Assembly (NCBI GenBank): GCA_013265495.1
Contig: MU057640.1
Coordinates: 2,195,405 to 2,259,404, forward strand
Length of the DNA: 64,000 nt
Direction of reading: 5' to 3'
DNA from: Vicugna vicugna
Taxonomy: Eukaryota
Shown here: one piece after another, positions 38,330-50,653 of the stretch
Layout of the letters: every line of letters starts with the position of its first letter
How positions within the stretch are numbered: the first letter of the stretch is position 1
Position numbers and translations under genes: made by a program
The notes under the pieces: model-generated
Database searches by the model: none
Told to the model about the DNA's origin: nothing
The model's input: only the letters and a program-made list of their open reading frames with translations

Positions 38330-38600
38330 TTAGTTTAATGATTAAGAACGCAGCCCAAGTGGGCACCTGGCCCACACCACTTCCACGATGCCGTCTTTTG
38401 GAGAGCCCTGGTGCAGCTATGTATCAGTGGTGCTAGGAAGGTGGGTGATGGAGACGAGTCTGAAAATCCTTTTCCGAGCTAAATCCTCTTCCGAGGTGGA
38501 AGCCCAGCCTCCTGGGTTCAGCGGCCGCCGTCCTGGCCCAGAGAAAGGGGGCGGTTCCTCAGTCTCCGCGGGTTGTAAGGACCTAGGATCGGGGTTTCAG
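38330..38600 (+). promoter_or_regulatory. Candidate ADAM20 promoter / non-coding exon 1
   Basis: Small non-repetitive CpG cluster (GCGGCCGC 38521, GGGGGCGG 38547, CCGCGG) among L1 debris; candidate donors AAG|gtgggt (38441) and GTT|gtaagg (38575). Confidence 0.45.
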
Positions 38601-39030
38601 GGTCTGGAAGCTGGCCAGAGAGACTTAAGGGAAAAAGTAGAGTGAGAACAAGAGTGAACTGAACAGGCAACTAAGCAGTTTGTAAGGGAGGAGTAAGAGG
38701 GTTTACAGTAGAGTAGAGACAGCAGCATAAAAGTTCTACTGGGGTGATGGGAATTAAATTCAGAAGCAAGAAATTTAGGGAAACTTAGCAATCTGGACGA
38801 GGCTATGGAAATTGAGAGCCAAAGGCTGGTTCACTTCTTGGTGTTTATCCCCAAACAAAAAGGTGAAACTAAACTTTCAGTAACTTATTTCCACTGCAGG
38901 CTGATAAAAGTTTGCTAAAGCCAGATGCTGGCTATCCTTAAAAGGGGTATAATGCATGTGGGTTTCCATGAGGAAGACTAAAAGGGTGTTGTTGCATTTT
39001 TGCTTAATTCCTGCGTAAATAGGAAATAGG

Positions 39031-39033
<3 letters not shown>

Positions 39034-39071
<38 letters not shown>
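39034..39071. repeat. (GT)n microsatellite
   Basis: Read directly; other CA/GT tracts at about 233-254, 24987-25012 and 63756-63783. Confidence 0.95.
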
Positions 39072-39073
<2 letters not shown>

Positions 39074-41004
39074 AAAGCAAGCTAGTGCTAATACTCTAAT
39101 ACAATATAATTTTTTAAACTTTAAAGTTTTACTTTAATAAAACAGCTTTATTACAATTTATATCATTTTTAATAAATTGCATGTATTTAAAGTGTGTAGT
39201 TAGCAAAGTTTTGACATATGTGTACACCCCTGACACCGTCACCACAATCTGCTTATCCATTTTCCTGTTGATGGACATTTGGTTTGTTTATAGTTTGAGG
39301 CTATTAAAAATGAAGCCGCTATGAGCCTTCATGTATAAATCTTTGTATGGACCTGAGCTTTCTTTTCTCTTGGGTAAAAACTTAGGAGTAGAATGGCTGG
39401 ATATATAGTAGTTGAATGTTTAAATTTTTAAGAACTTGCAGGACTATTTTCCAAAGTGGTTGTACCATTTTACATTTCCATTGGTAGTGTATAAGAATTC
39501 TAATCCGTTTGTATACAAACCATCTGTTAGTATGGTCAGCCTTTTAAATTTTAGCCGTTCTAATGAGTGTGTAGTGATACCACATTGTGGCTTTAATTTT
39601 GCATCTTCCTTCGACTAGTGAGGGTGAGCGTCTTTTCCTGTGCTTATTAGCCTTCAGTGTACCTTCTTTGTTAAAGCATGTGTTCAGATCGTTTTCCTGT
39701 TTCTTAAGGGGTTGTTTCTTTTCTTACTGAGTTTTGAATTTTTTATATATTCTGAATAGTCCTTTAGCAAACATAGGTTTTGAAAATATTTTATCCCAAT
39801 CTATGGCTGGTCTCCTCATTCTCTTAATAAAATATTTTAAAGAGAAGTTTGTAACTTTGATGAAGTCCAGCTTAATCACTTTGTTCTTTTATGGACTTTG
39901 AATTCTCTGCTATATCTCAGAAGTCATTGCTTAAATGTTAAAAAGTTTTCTCCTATGTTTGCTTTCAGAAGTTTTATAGTTTTCAGTTTTACATGTTGGT
40001 CTGTGGTCTATTTTGGTCTAATTTTTTTTAATGTGGCACAAGATATGAAATTAAGTCCTTCTGTTTTGTTTTCCATTCAGTTGTTCCAGCACTGTATGTA
40101 AAAGACTATCCTTTCTCCAGTGATTTAACTTTGCACATTTGTCAAAATCTGCCGTCCATATTCGTGAGGATCTAGTTCTAATCTCTTTCTTCTGTTGATC
40201 TTTCTGTGTATCATTATACAAATACCCCACTGTTTTGTGTACAATAACTTTATGTGTCTTGAAATCAGATAGTGGTTGTCTTCCAACTTTTTCTTCTTTT
40301 TCAAAGTGGGTTTGGTTATTCTAGATCCTTTGCATTTCTGTGTGAATTTTAGAATCAGTTTGCCAAATTCTACCAGAAAAACCTTGGATTGAACTGATCA
40401 CTTTTGGAAAAATTGACATCTTAATGATATTAATTATTCAGATCAATGGATAAGATCACTCCACTTATTTAAGTTGATGTCAATTTCTCTCAGTGATGTT
40501 TACAGTTTTTAAGTTACAAGTCTTTCACAACTTTTGTCAGAATTATTAGTAAGTATTTAATTTTTTTGTGCTGGGTAATAGTATTCTTTAAAAATTTTAA
40601 TCTCTAATTGTTCATTGCTAGTATATAAAAATAGGATTGATTACTAGCTTTTTTTTTTGTAGATTCCATCAGGTTTCTACATAGACATCTATAATGCTAT
40701 CTCTACATAAAGATAATTTAAAATATTCCTTTCTAATCTTGAATCCTTTTATTTCTTTTTCTTGCCTGATTGCACTGGCCAGAACATCTGGTACAATGTT
40801 GAATAGAGGTAGTGTCTACCTTGTCTGATTTCTGATCTTAGAGGAAGATATTCGGACTTTCACCACTGGCTGTAGATTTTTACATAAATGCCCTTTATCA
40901 TGTTGAAAGTTTACCTTCTATTGCCAGTTTTCTGAGAGTTATTGTTAGGAATGGATGTCGGATTTTGTCAAATGATTTTTTTGATCTGTTAATGTGATCA
41001 TACA

Positions 41005-41640
41005 TTACCAGGCTTTCTCCAGATTCTTGGAATACCATGGACATGAATACCATAGACATGAATATTGCTCCTACAAGATCCTTAGTCACGCAGTACTTTT
41101 TAATTCTCTCCCTTGTGCGCAAGGGAGAGGGAAAGAATGTTAACTCCCTAAGGACTTTTAGGGAAAGGCTTTTAAAGGTAGATTGAGGGAGGGGGCCACA
41201 GGGTACCTGATCAGCTTGTGCTCAATTCTCAGATTGGTTGGTATCAAAGTAAAGTTTTGAGCATCGTCAGGCTTCTAGTTTCAGTTGGTCTGGGGTCTAC
41301 CTGCTTGCAGTCTGCAGTTTTCTTCTGATGGGGGTCTGTTTCCTGCAAAAACAATTTAGGAATGTGTGAGGCCTTTATCTATATCTTTCAGGGAGCTAGA
41401 AGTTCTGTGATTCTGCTCTGTGGTTGATTTATAGCCCAGATTTTGTCCTCTGGAAACTATGTACATACTTCAGTGGAACAGAGATAGAGTTAAGCTTTTA
41501 CTCCTGTGAGTCTCTAGTTATTGTGTCAAAGACCCAAGCCTTCAGGCACTTTGTTTTACTGGGCTTGTTAGGCCTGTGTGCTCCAGGCCGTTCCCTCCAT
41601 CCTTTTCCCAAATGCCTCTACTCCTGTCTTCCTGTCTCAA
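41005..41640 (-). mobile_element. ERV1-type solo LTR inserted in L1
   Basis: tgatcagcttgtgctcaattctcagattggttggt...ggtctggggtctac...cctgtctca; L1 sequence resumes on both sides. Confidence 0.6.
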
Positions 41641-42614
41641 TATGATTATTCATTTTCAGTTTGCTAATATGGTAACATACATTGATAGCTTTTCAGACCA
41701 GCCCTGTATCCATAGGATAAACGTCATTTGCTCATGGTGTATTAGCCATTTTATATATTGTTGAATTCATTTGCAAACATTTTGTTTGGGATTTTGCCAT
41801 CTATGTTCATGAGGGACGTTGGTCTGAATTTTTGTATCAATGTAATGTTTATATCTGATTTTCACATCAGGGCTGCAAAGGACTAATTGGGACGTATTTC
41901 CTCCTCTTCAGTTTTTTTGGAATGTTTGTATAAAATTGTTTTAATTACTATAGTTTTTGTAGTATTGTCTGAAGTCTGAGAGGGTTATGCCTCCAGCCTT
42001 GTTCTTTTTCTTCAGTGTTGCTTTGGCAGTTCTGGGTCTTTTGTGATTTTATATAAATTTTAGATTATCTGTTCTATTTCTGTGAAAAATGTCCTGGATA
42101 ATTGGATAGGGATAGCATTAAATCTGTAGATTGCTTTGGGTAGTATGGCCATTTTTATAGTTCTCTACATGTAAGTCTTTTACCTCCTTGGTCAGGTTTA
42201 TTCCGAAGTATTTTATTTTATTTTTGATAAGATTTTAAAAGCGATTATGTTTTTACTTTCCTTTTCTGATGTCTCATTGTTAGTGTAAGGAAATGCAACA
42301 GGTTTCTGTATGTTAATTGTATCCTGCTACCTTGCTGGATTTATCAGTTCTAATCGTTTTTTGTGTGGAGTGTTTAGTTTTCTAGATGTAGTACCATGTC
42401 ATCTACATACAGTGACAGTTGTACCTCTTCCCTTCCAATTGGATTCCTTTTATTATGTTGAGATATATTCCCTCTATACCCACTTAGGTAAGTTTTTATC
42501 ATGAATGGATGTTGAAGTTTATCAAATGCTTTTTTTCTTCATCTGTTGAGATGATCATGTGGTTTTTGTCCTTTCTTTTGCTCATGTGGTGTATCACATT
42601 GATTGATTTGCATT

Positions 42615-42641
42615 TTTCTTTTCTTTTCTTTTCTTTCTTTT

Positions 42642-42717
<76 letters not shown>

Positions 42718-42768
42718 TTCTTTCTTTTCTTTCTTTTCTTTCTTTTCTTTCTTTTCTTTCTTTCTTTC
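42615..42768. repeat. Compound (TTTC)n/(TTTCTTTTC)n microsatellite
   Basis: Read directly. Confidence 0.95.
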
Positions 42769-44700
42769 CTGGAAGATTTTCATCTATTTTTTTTAACACC
42801 TTTATTGTGGTATGGTTCCTGTACAGCAAACTACACATATTTAAGATGTACAATTGGATGAATTTTGATACATGTATACATTCATGAAACAACCACCACA
42901 ATCAAAATAGCTAACATTTCCATTACTCCCCAAGAGGTGTAATTTTCAAATTTCCAATTTATCCCTTCCTACCTCCTTTCCCTTCTGGTAACCATAAGTT
43001 TGTTCCCTATGGCCGTGAGTCTGTTTCTGTTTTGTAGATAAGTTTATTTGTGTTTTGTTTTTGACTTTTTTTTTTTTTTTTAGATTTGACATATAAGTGG
43101 TATCATACGGAATTTTTCTTTCTCTTTCTCGTTTACTTCACTTAGAATGACAATCTCCAGGCCTGTGCATGTTACTGCAAATGGCATTATGTTATTTTTT
43201 ATGGCTGAGTAGTATTCCATTGTATAAATGTACCACAACTTCTTTATCCAGTCATCTGTTGATGGATATTTAGGTTGTTTCCATGTCTTGGCTATTGTAA
43301 ATAGTGCTATTGTAAACACTGGGGTGCATGTGTCTTTTTGAGTTATATTTTTCCTGGATATATGCCAGGAGTGGGATTGCTGGATCATACACTTATTCTA
43401 TTTTTAATTTTTTTAAGGGATTTCCGTATTGCCCTCCATTGTGGCTGCACCAAATTACATTCCCACCAACACTGTAGGAGGGTTTCATTTTCTCCACAGC
43501 CTCTCCAGCAATTATTGTTTGTAGACTTTTGAATGATGGACATTCTACCTGGTGTGAGGTGATATCTCATTGTAGTTTTGATTTGTATTTCTCTGATAAA
43601 TAGCGATATTGAACATTTTTTCATGTGCCTGTTGGCCGTTTGTATGTCTTCACTGGAGAATTGCTTGTTTAGGTCTTAGGTCTTCCACCCATTTTTGGAT
43701 TGGGTTGTTTGTTGTTGTTATTAAGTTGTATGAGCTGTTTATATATTCTGGAAATGAAACCTTTGTCAGGCACATCATTTGCAAGTATATTCTCCCATTC
43801 CGTAGGTTGTCTTTTTGTTTTGTTTATGGATTCCTTTGCTGTGCAAAAGCTTTTAAGTTTAATTAGGTCCCATTGTTTATTTTTACTTTTATTTCTATGG
43901 CCTGGGTAGACTGCCCTAGGAGAATATTGCTAAGATTTATGTCTGAGAAAGTTTTGCCTGTATTTTCTTCCAAGAGATTTATAGTGTCTTGTCCTATATT
44001 TAAGTCTTTAAACCATTTTAAGTTTATTTTTTGTTTGGTTTGTGGGAGTGTTCTAAGTTCATTGATTTACATGCTGCTGTCCAGTTTTCCCAACACCGCT
44101 TGCTGAAGAGACTGTCTTTACATTGTATATTCTTGCCTTCAAGTTGAATAAGGTTCTGGTGAAGTCTTTTCCTTTACTGGTTAATTTGTTTTGAGGACAC
44201 TCTGGGTGTATTTCAAAATGGTTACTATTACTCTTGCCATATATCAAAAAAATCACTTTTCTCTTCTTGGTCAAACACATGGTGAATTTTTTCCTGGTGT
44301 TTACTATGAGAATTTGGTAGTTTCCAGGCGGTCAAACTTACAGCAATGTAGGGACTCCCTTTAGAGTGAGCCCCCAAGTTTTTAACTCTGATGCTAATCT
44401 ACATTTAAGCTCCAAAAATTTGTTAAAGTCATCGTTTAAGTGTCACTGGCTCCAGCCACTTCTGTTTCAGGTGAGCTTATTTGTATTCCTTGTGTTAGCC
44501 TGTCTCTCAAGTTTGCCCTGTGGCCTCATTTCTCTGATGACCTAAGGACAGTCAGTGATTTTCAGTCTGTTTAGCTTTTTGCTTTTTGTGAGGGTGGGAA
44601 AACAAGCTCTTTACATGTCAGAGTGGAAACTGGAAGGGCAATTTGTGCAATTTGTATTCTTTTTGTTTAGAAACAAACAAAAAGAATCTTTAAAAAAAAA

Positions 44701-45170
44701 TCCCCAAAGCAGCATTTATTTACCCATTGAATTCCAAAACATTTAATTTAGAAGTCTGGCATTTCATAATCACCCATCTTAATTGACTTGGGCCGACGCA
44801 CATGGCGCTGTCAGTATACATAAGGACAATAGCCAGAGTTACAAAAAATAAATCCGTGATTCTTAAACAAATCACAATCAAAAACATAAGTTACAGGTAT
44901 CAAAACTTTAGATGCATTGTATTGAAAAGAAAGTTTGTGCACGTCATAATTTAAAGAGGCAAAACAAAGCGCGCCTGAAACCTCACATTAAACAGGTTAT
45001 TATTAAGCTGGTAGACAAGAGCCAGTGGTCTCTGTCTCAGCTTAGCTTAACAGTTTTCCATTAGCTAAAGAAAGAGGTAGGAGGGGGTGAATTTGTTTTC
45101 ACATGCACAAGATGTACTGCTTAATAAGACACTATCAGCTTGTTTAAATGGACCTTCTGAGTACTGATGG
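44701..45170 (-). pseudogene. YWHAH: 5'-truncated processed retrocopy of an mRNA 3'UTR, most likely YWHAH (14-3-3 eta)
   Basis: The minus strand ends ...gatgggtgattatgaaatgccagacttctaaattaaatgttttggaattcaatgggtaAATAAAtgctgctttggggat, which I recall as the 14-3-3 eta mRNA 3' end; flanked by L1 debris; no CDS part present. Confidence 0.7.
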
Positions 45171-45634
45171 ATATGGCTACAGATATCATCAATTTTGGTA
45201 AATGCCCTACATACATTTGAAAATAATGTGTATTCTGTGATTTTTGAGTGTAGTGTTTTATATGTATCAATTAGGTCAGTTTGATTAATGTTTAATTTCT
45301 TCTCTGTCTTTACTTATTTTTGGCTGCTTGTTTTGAGTAAACGTCTTCAAATATCCTAGATTTTTCATTTCTTCTTTTTAATCTCAACTTGTGCTTCATA
45401 TATTTTGAAGCTACGCTATTAGGTGCATACGAAACACTGTGGAATAGCCCTTTTTAACCTATTAAATATGCTTCCCATTACCTTGATTTATACCTCTTTA
45501 TTTCTGTCAATACCTTGTCATCTTTTAATATGGTTTGTTTTTGTAATGTTCGCATTGTTTACTATTATATCTTAGTGTTCACATGGTTTATCTTTTGCTT
45601 TTGACCCTTCATAACTAACTTCATAACAGATTTG

Positions 45635-45900
45635 GTTATGTTGGGTTGTTTAGTAAAGAAATCAAAACTGAAATAGCCAGTGTAATTACAACCACCCTTA
45701 CATAGTTTAGGAAAATCATTGGTAACTCTTGAAGATCAACCCACTTGTAGATGTGAAACAGGTGAGTTAAATATAGGTGTAACTGATACCATTATTCCTG
45801 TATCATCAAAGGTTTAATCATGGCACAAATGTTTGTAATTCCCCAAAACTCAATCAGCTGCTCTTAGATTACTATTGTTGAAACAATTAAAGCTTTTTTA
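45635..45900 (-). mobile_element. Highly decayed ERV-L-like pol (RT N-terminus) relic
   Basis: Minus-strand translation GITNICAMIKPL / DDTGIMVSVTPIFNSPV lines up with ERV-L GIxEISATIxDLKDAGVVIPTTSPFNSP. Confidence 0.5.
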
Positions 45901-47877
45901 GTCAAGCTTGATAAGGATGTATTTCTGATTTATCATTATTCAGTCATTTTTTATTACCTCAAAAACACTTTGAAGAATCCACTGTACTAGAGGTTTTGTG
46001 AAAAGATATATTATTTTTAATTTATAGCTTTACTATAGACCCAATTTCTAATAGAGAACCATTTAGTTCTATTAACTTTTGTAAATTTTGTTAGTTTGGT
46101 TTTTCAGGGGATTTTCCCATATTGCTAAAATTTTCAAATTTACTGACATAAAGTTGTTTTATGCTCTTTTAAAAATGTCTTTATGATAGATACTATGTTT
46201 TCTCAATTTAGTTCTTGATCAGTATTGCTAGGTGTTTGTCAGTTCTTTACAAGGAACCAATTTTTGATTTGATTTTCTTTTTAATATTTTTTTTTATGTC
46301 ATTGTTTTATACTCTCTATTTCTTAATTCTGCTGTTAAATATGTTAATTAGTTTTTATCTTCCTAGCTTTGTGACATTATATCTTATGTAAAATACTTTG
46401 TCTTTCTCCTTTTCTAATGTATACCCCAAAGCCAAAAATTTCCATGTAAGCATTACTTTAACTACATTCTGTAAGTTTAATATATTGTATTTTCATTCAG
46501 AGCAAAATATTTCAATTACATATTTTAATCATATTTGGACCACGGCTTATTTAGAAGACTGGCTGTTCTTTAACTTTGAAGCAAATGACTATTGTCTAGT
46601 TCTTTTTTTTTATACAATTTTATTTTTTAATTCCACAGGTAAGGAACATACATTATGCAATTTTAATTTTTACCGTTTGTTAAGACTTCCCTTATGACCA
46701 CGGGTATCATCTATTTTGGTAAATACCGTGTGCATTTGAACCTAACGAGTATTCTCCATTTTTGCCTGTAGTGTTTTATATGTGTCAGTGAGGTTAATTT
46801 GATTAACTTTGCTTAAATCTTCTACTTCATTTTTTTTTTTTTTGGCTCTGATCTGTCCATTGCTGAAAGGAGTGTGTTAATACCTACAAGTAGATTCTGA
46901 ATTTTTCTGTTTCTCGTTTTTGTTCTGTCAGCGTTTGCTTTCTGTATCTCAAAGCTATTTGTTAAGTAGGTACAAATTCCTGTTGAGTTTTATCATATTA
47001 AACATATCTCTATGTAAGTACTTCATCTTTTCTATAATTAATATAATTTGTTTCCTTTCTTTTGCCAATATAAATTAGTAAACTATTGTTATTGTTTTAG
47101 AGTAGAAGTCCTTTCCTCTCCATTCAGATGTTGAACCTGTTCCTCTGGAGCATGTTGAATTAGATTCTGATTTACACTTAGAGCCGATGAAGGGGCAGTA
47201 GGAGTATGTCTCGAAGACACTAGTCATACACTAGCAGGATAATTTCCTGAGCTAATTACAATCTCTCCAGCTAGAGGTGGCTAGACTTCTCATACAGGAG
47301 AGGTCAAGGCTCCCTCCCTGGTAAGGGAGACTCAGAGATACTTGGGAGGATTTGGATACTCAGAACCAACCCAGTCCACCTGAAATTCCCGTTTTCAAAT
47401 GTCAAGGTTTTTCCTTTCTCAATCAAATTTCCTACTTCAGTTTTCAACTTATGCTGTGATTCTGTAACTCCACAGTTAAATTTTGATTTCCTTTGAAATT
47501 GGCCCTGTGGCTAAAACAAATGAGAGATTGTTTTAGGTCCACCGTTATCAGCGATCTGAGCTGAGAATTTAGAACCTTGAGCCTCATTGTCTCATTGTGC
47601 AAAATCTACATTAGAATGCAGTATGGCAATTCCACCTCTCAGTCCTTGAGATACTTACAGGCATCATCACAGCCCTCCCTTGGTCCCCCACACACTTGGT
47701 TCAATAGAGCACTTCGCAGTCAACATTAAGTGGTAATTAAATTAATTGTGATGCTACTACATGCTTATTCGCCATTCAGCAGGAGTTCAGCAGTGTGTTA
47801 AAGCCATGGACATGTCCAGGTCAATCTGAGAGTCCCATTCTGTCTGTCCCTCTTGACAGCATCTTGGTACCAGGTCC

Positions 47878-48600
47878 TGTATCTGTCAAGATCTAATCCA
47901 GAAAAGAAACCCACCAAGAATAATTAATATAGGGAATTCTTGAAATGGTATTAGAGAACTGAAAAGGTAAAAGGGGAACAACGGAGATACACAGAAGTAT
48001 GAGTTGCCAGAAGGAGTTCCACCCCTAAGATTGGTTGGGGTTGTCATAACCTAGAAGCTCTCATAATGAGCCTCATAGATCTGGACCTGGACTGTAGAAG
48101 ATAGGGCATTACCAGTCTAGGTGATGCTGGTAATTTAGGAACTGAAAAAAGGGGTAGTGTGGAGTTGATTGCTGTACCTCTTGTAAGGTGATGCTGAGCT
48201 TGTGCTGGTTCCTTAGGGACTTGGAAGAAGGTCCTCCAAAACTCGGACTCAGATCTCTGAGAGGTGCTACCTGCATGGGGCTTGTGTCAGGGAACTTTGT
48301 GGTATAACCTGGAACATCTGAGGAAGAGGCAGTTGGGCTGACTGGTGTGGGTTGCCCAGGGTACTGCGGGAGGCTCTGTCCGTCTGGTTCTGAGACTTCT
48401 GATGAGGGAGCATTGTCCACTGGGTACCTTTGATAGGGCTTGATGGAGCTGGGTCTGGGAATGTAGTACCCAACTCCTGCCACAAGAGCAAGGTGCAGGA
48501 GGGTCACTGCAAGTAGCTGCAGGCAAACAGGTAGAGCCCCTTGTCGTCTCCTTTTGTCATTTATTCTCTCTCTTGTGCCCTTCTTGACAAACTTCAGGAA
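47878..48600. mobile_element. Ancient LTR (LTR78-like)
   Basis: Start tgtatctgtcaagatctaatccagaaaagaaacc...ttaatatagggaatt; a related fragment probably lies at about 53320-53630. Confidence 0.45.
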
Positions 48601-50481
48601 ACCAGCTAGAAATGGGGCAATGTATGGATTCTTATCTCCAGCTGCATAGACAAAGTACATTTTAGTTTTGGGGTTCGGAAAAGAGTTCATAATCAGCATA
48701 AGAGGTGTCATCAGAATGCTGCTATAGCTTCTGTGATGACAGGTACTGTCAGGTGACAGTGATCTGTGCAAAGCTCTCTGGTATTTCCTGTTCTTTCATT
48801 TTATTGTGGCTCACTAAATTGCTCTCATGACCCTGTATGGTTTGTGGCCTAAGTTTAAGAAACCCTAAATTAACTGTGACAAAGAGTGAATGGAGACACG
48901 GTAAAGTAGAGATTTTGAGGAGTTTGAAATAGCTGCTGGAAATTGAAGAAACAGTTCATTACTGACACAGAGGAATTTTCTCAGAGTGCTTGAAGTGCTG
49001 GTAATGTTAGAAAGGAAGGGCTTTGGAGTGACACTGGTTTACATAATCAGTGGTGATGTGGTGTTCCTTCAGGACTTGTCTTTGGAGTAATGCAATAGTG
49101 ACAAAGACTGGTATGCCTCAAACATTCTCTACCTTGAGCTTTTGTATTATTACCATGTCATATTTCTGATGAAGTTTAATATATTTTCCTCTTTATGATA
49201 CTTTATCTTTAATAATCCTCTTCAAACTCACACATTTCCATCTTAATATCCCCAAATCTGTAGGAGATACTAAGAATATCATGAAGAGAGACCTGGAAAG
49301 GAAACCTGGTCATTAGGCTTTTACCTGTGTCAGAGATGCTTTCCCTAAGAGGTTTCGTCTAGTATTCCTGGCTTCTGGTAGTCATCCGTTAGTTCTGGAA
49401 AAATATGCAAGTGTATACAGGTGTTTTTGACATCATAATGCTGAGAATATTTCTCATGCTCTATACTGCTGATCCCATTTGTGCCCCTATTTAGAATACT
49501 CAGGCCACCAGTATGTTTTCAAGTGTGTCTCCAAATTTATTTTAACTTTTGTTTTCAGATATTAAGCATTTATTGATACTGAAAGTCAGCAAATGAGCAA
49601 AATTAGCTTTTACCTGAGCTAAAATGTATGTTTTCAACAGGAATGAAGTAAGTCCATTTGAATTGTGATCTTTGAACATTTTAATGAAATGACTCTAGTT
49701 TTAAATTCCTCAGTCTAGCTTTCTCACCAGCCATGTGAAATATAAAATAGAATCTATATTTACACAGCCAAAACAAGTCTTTTATGATTGAGGACATGAT
49801 GCAGCTGGGCTGACTGGAGAGACGCTTCTGTAATTCGGCTGTTTGCCTTGTCCCCAAAAATAGCAGCCTCATTCTCTGTTACTCCATCAGAATGGCTGCC
49901 TTCCTTTGAATGCCCAGGGGTTTTCTGCAGATAAGAATGAATTATAAAATAAAAATCTGTCTTGATTGGAGGGGCTTTCCCAAAACTAATGAGTCCCTTA
50001 AGTGAGGTTTACTTTGACTGCTAACTTCAAATAGAATGGGGAGTAGATATCTATGGAAGAAAAGGGGAGATGGAGCAAACTGTCTGAATAAAGGGACAAA
50101 AAATGGTGAGTTTTTTTTGTTTGTTTGTTTGTTTGTTTTTGTGGTGTTCACAAGCTTGCTGAAGATAGCAGGGTACCAGGAAATTTTTGGGTGGAGGAGA
50201 AATTGAGAGTCAGATGTCAATCTTTTTTAACATGGAAAATGTCATGTCAGCTTTCATGTTTAGAGAAGAGTATGTAACGAATCCTCATCAAGTAGAGTAA
50301 TTACCCACTTATGATCAATTTCCTTCATCCTTTTCCCTGGAAACCTGCTCTTCCCTCACTCCTTGCCCTTACATATATATGATACAGTCTTAGGCATTTT
50401 ATTGATTCAAGCTTTGTTCCAGTTGAGATCACTTTCTTTTCTCTCTCTCCCATCCTGCCTACCCCAACCACCCCATTCTAG

Positions 50482-50512
50482 CTTTTTTTTTTTTTTCTAT
50501 TTTCACTTTCAG
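50482..50512 (+). promoter_or_regulatory. ADAM20: Splice acceptor of the ADAM20 coding exon (exon starts about 50513)
   Basis: Long T tract ending ttttcactttcag, 141 nt upstream of the ATG; implies an upstream non-coding exon. Confidence 0.8.
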
Positions 50513-50653
50513 CACTGCAGCTCTGATGGTCCAACTCTTCCAGGACACAGATCCATAAAGGTCAGCCCTGCATCCTGAACAGCTCAGAGGGAGGAGCCGG
50601 ACCAGTAGTGCCTGATGCCCTGTCCTCTTCTGCCCTGGGCAGATGGCTCCATA

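Larger units (their letters stand above)
39100..44635 (-). mobile_element. Cluster of nested minus-strand L1 fragments of different ages
   Basis: ORF2 peptides [44 protein letters not shown]; several separate 3' ends. Confidence 0.8.

Noticed and set aside
42499..42901. Lys/Glu/Arg-rich and Phe/Ser-rich ORFs
   Set aside because: Translations of the (TTTC)n microsatellite plus L1 sequence
48109..48771. 220-aa minus-strand ORF, the longest outside ADAM20
   Set aside because: Overlaps an ancient LTR-like repeat, lacks an ATG at the listed start, has no recognisable domain and no splice or promoter support
50615..50653. ORF-track start giving a 752-aa ADAM20
   Set aside because: Weak Kozak context (ctgATGc); the signal peptide and family homology begin at MAVGE (50654)
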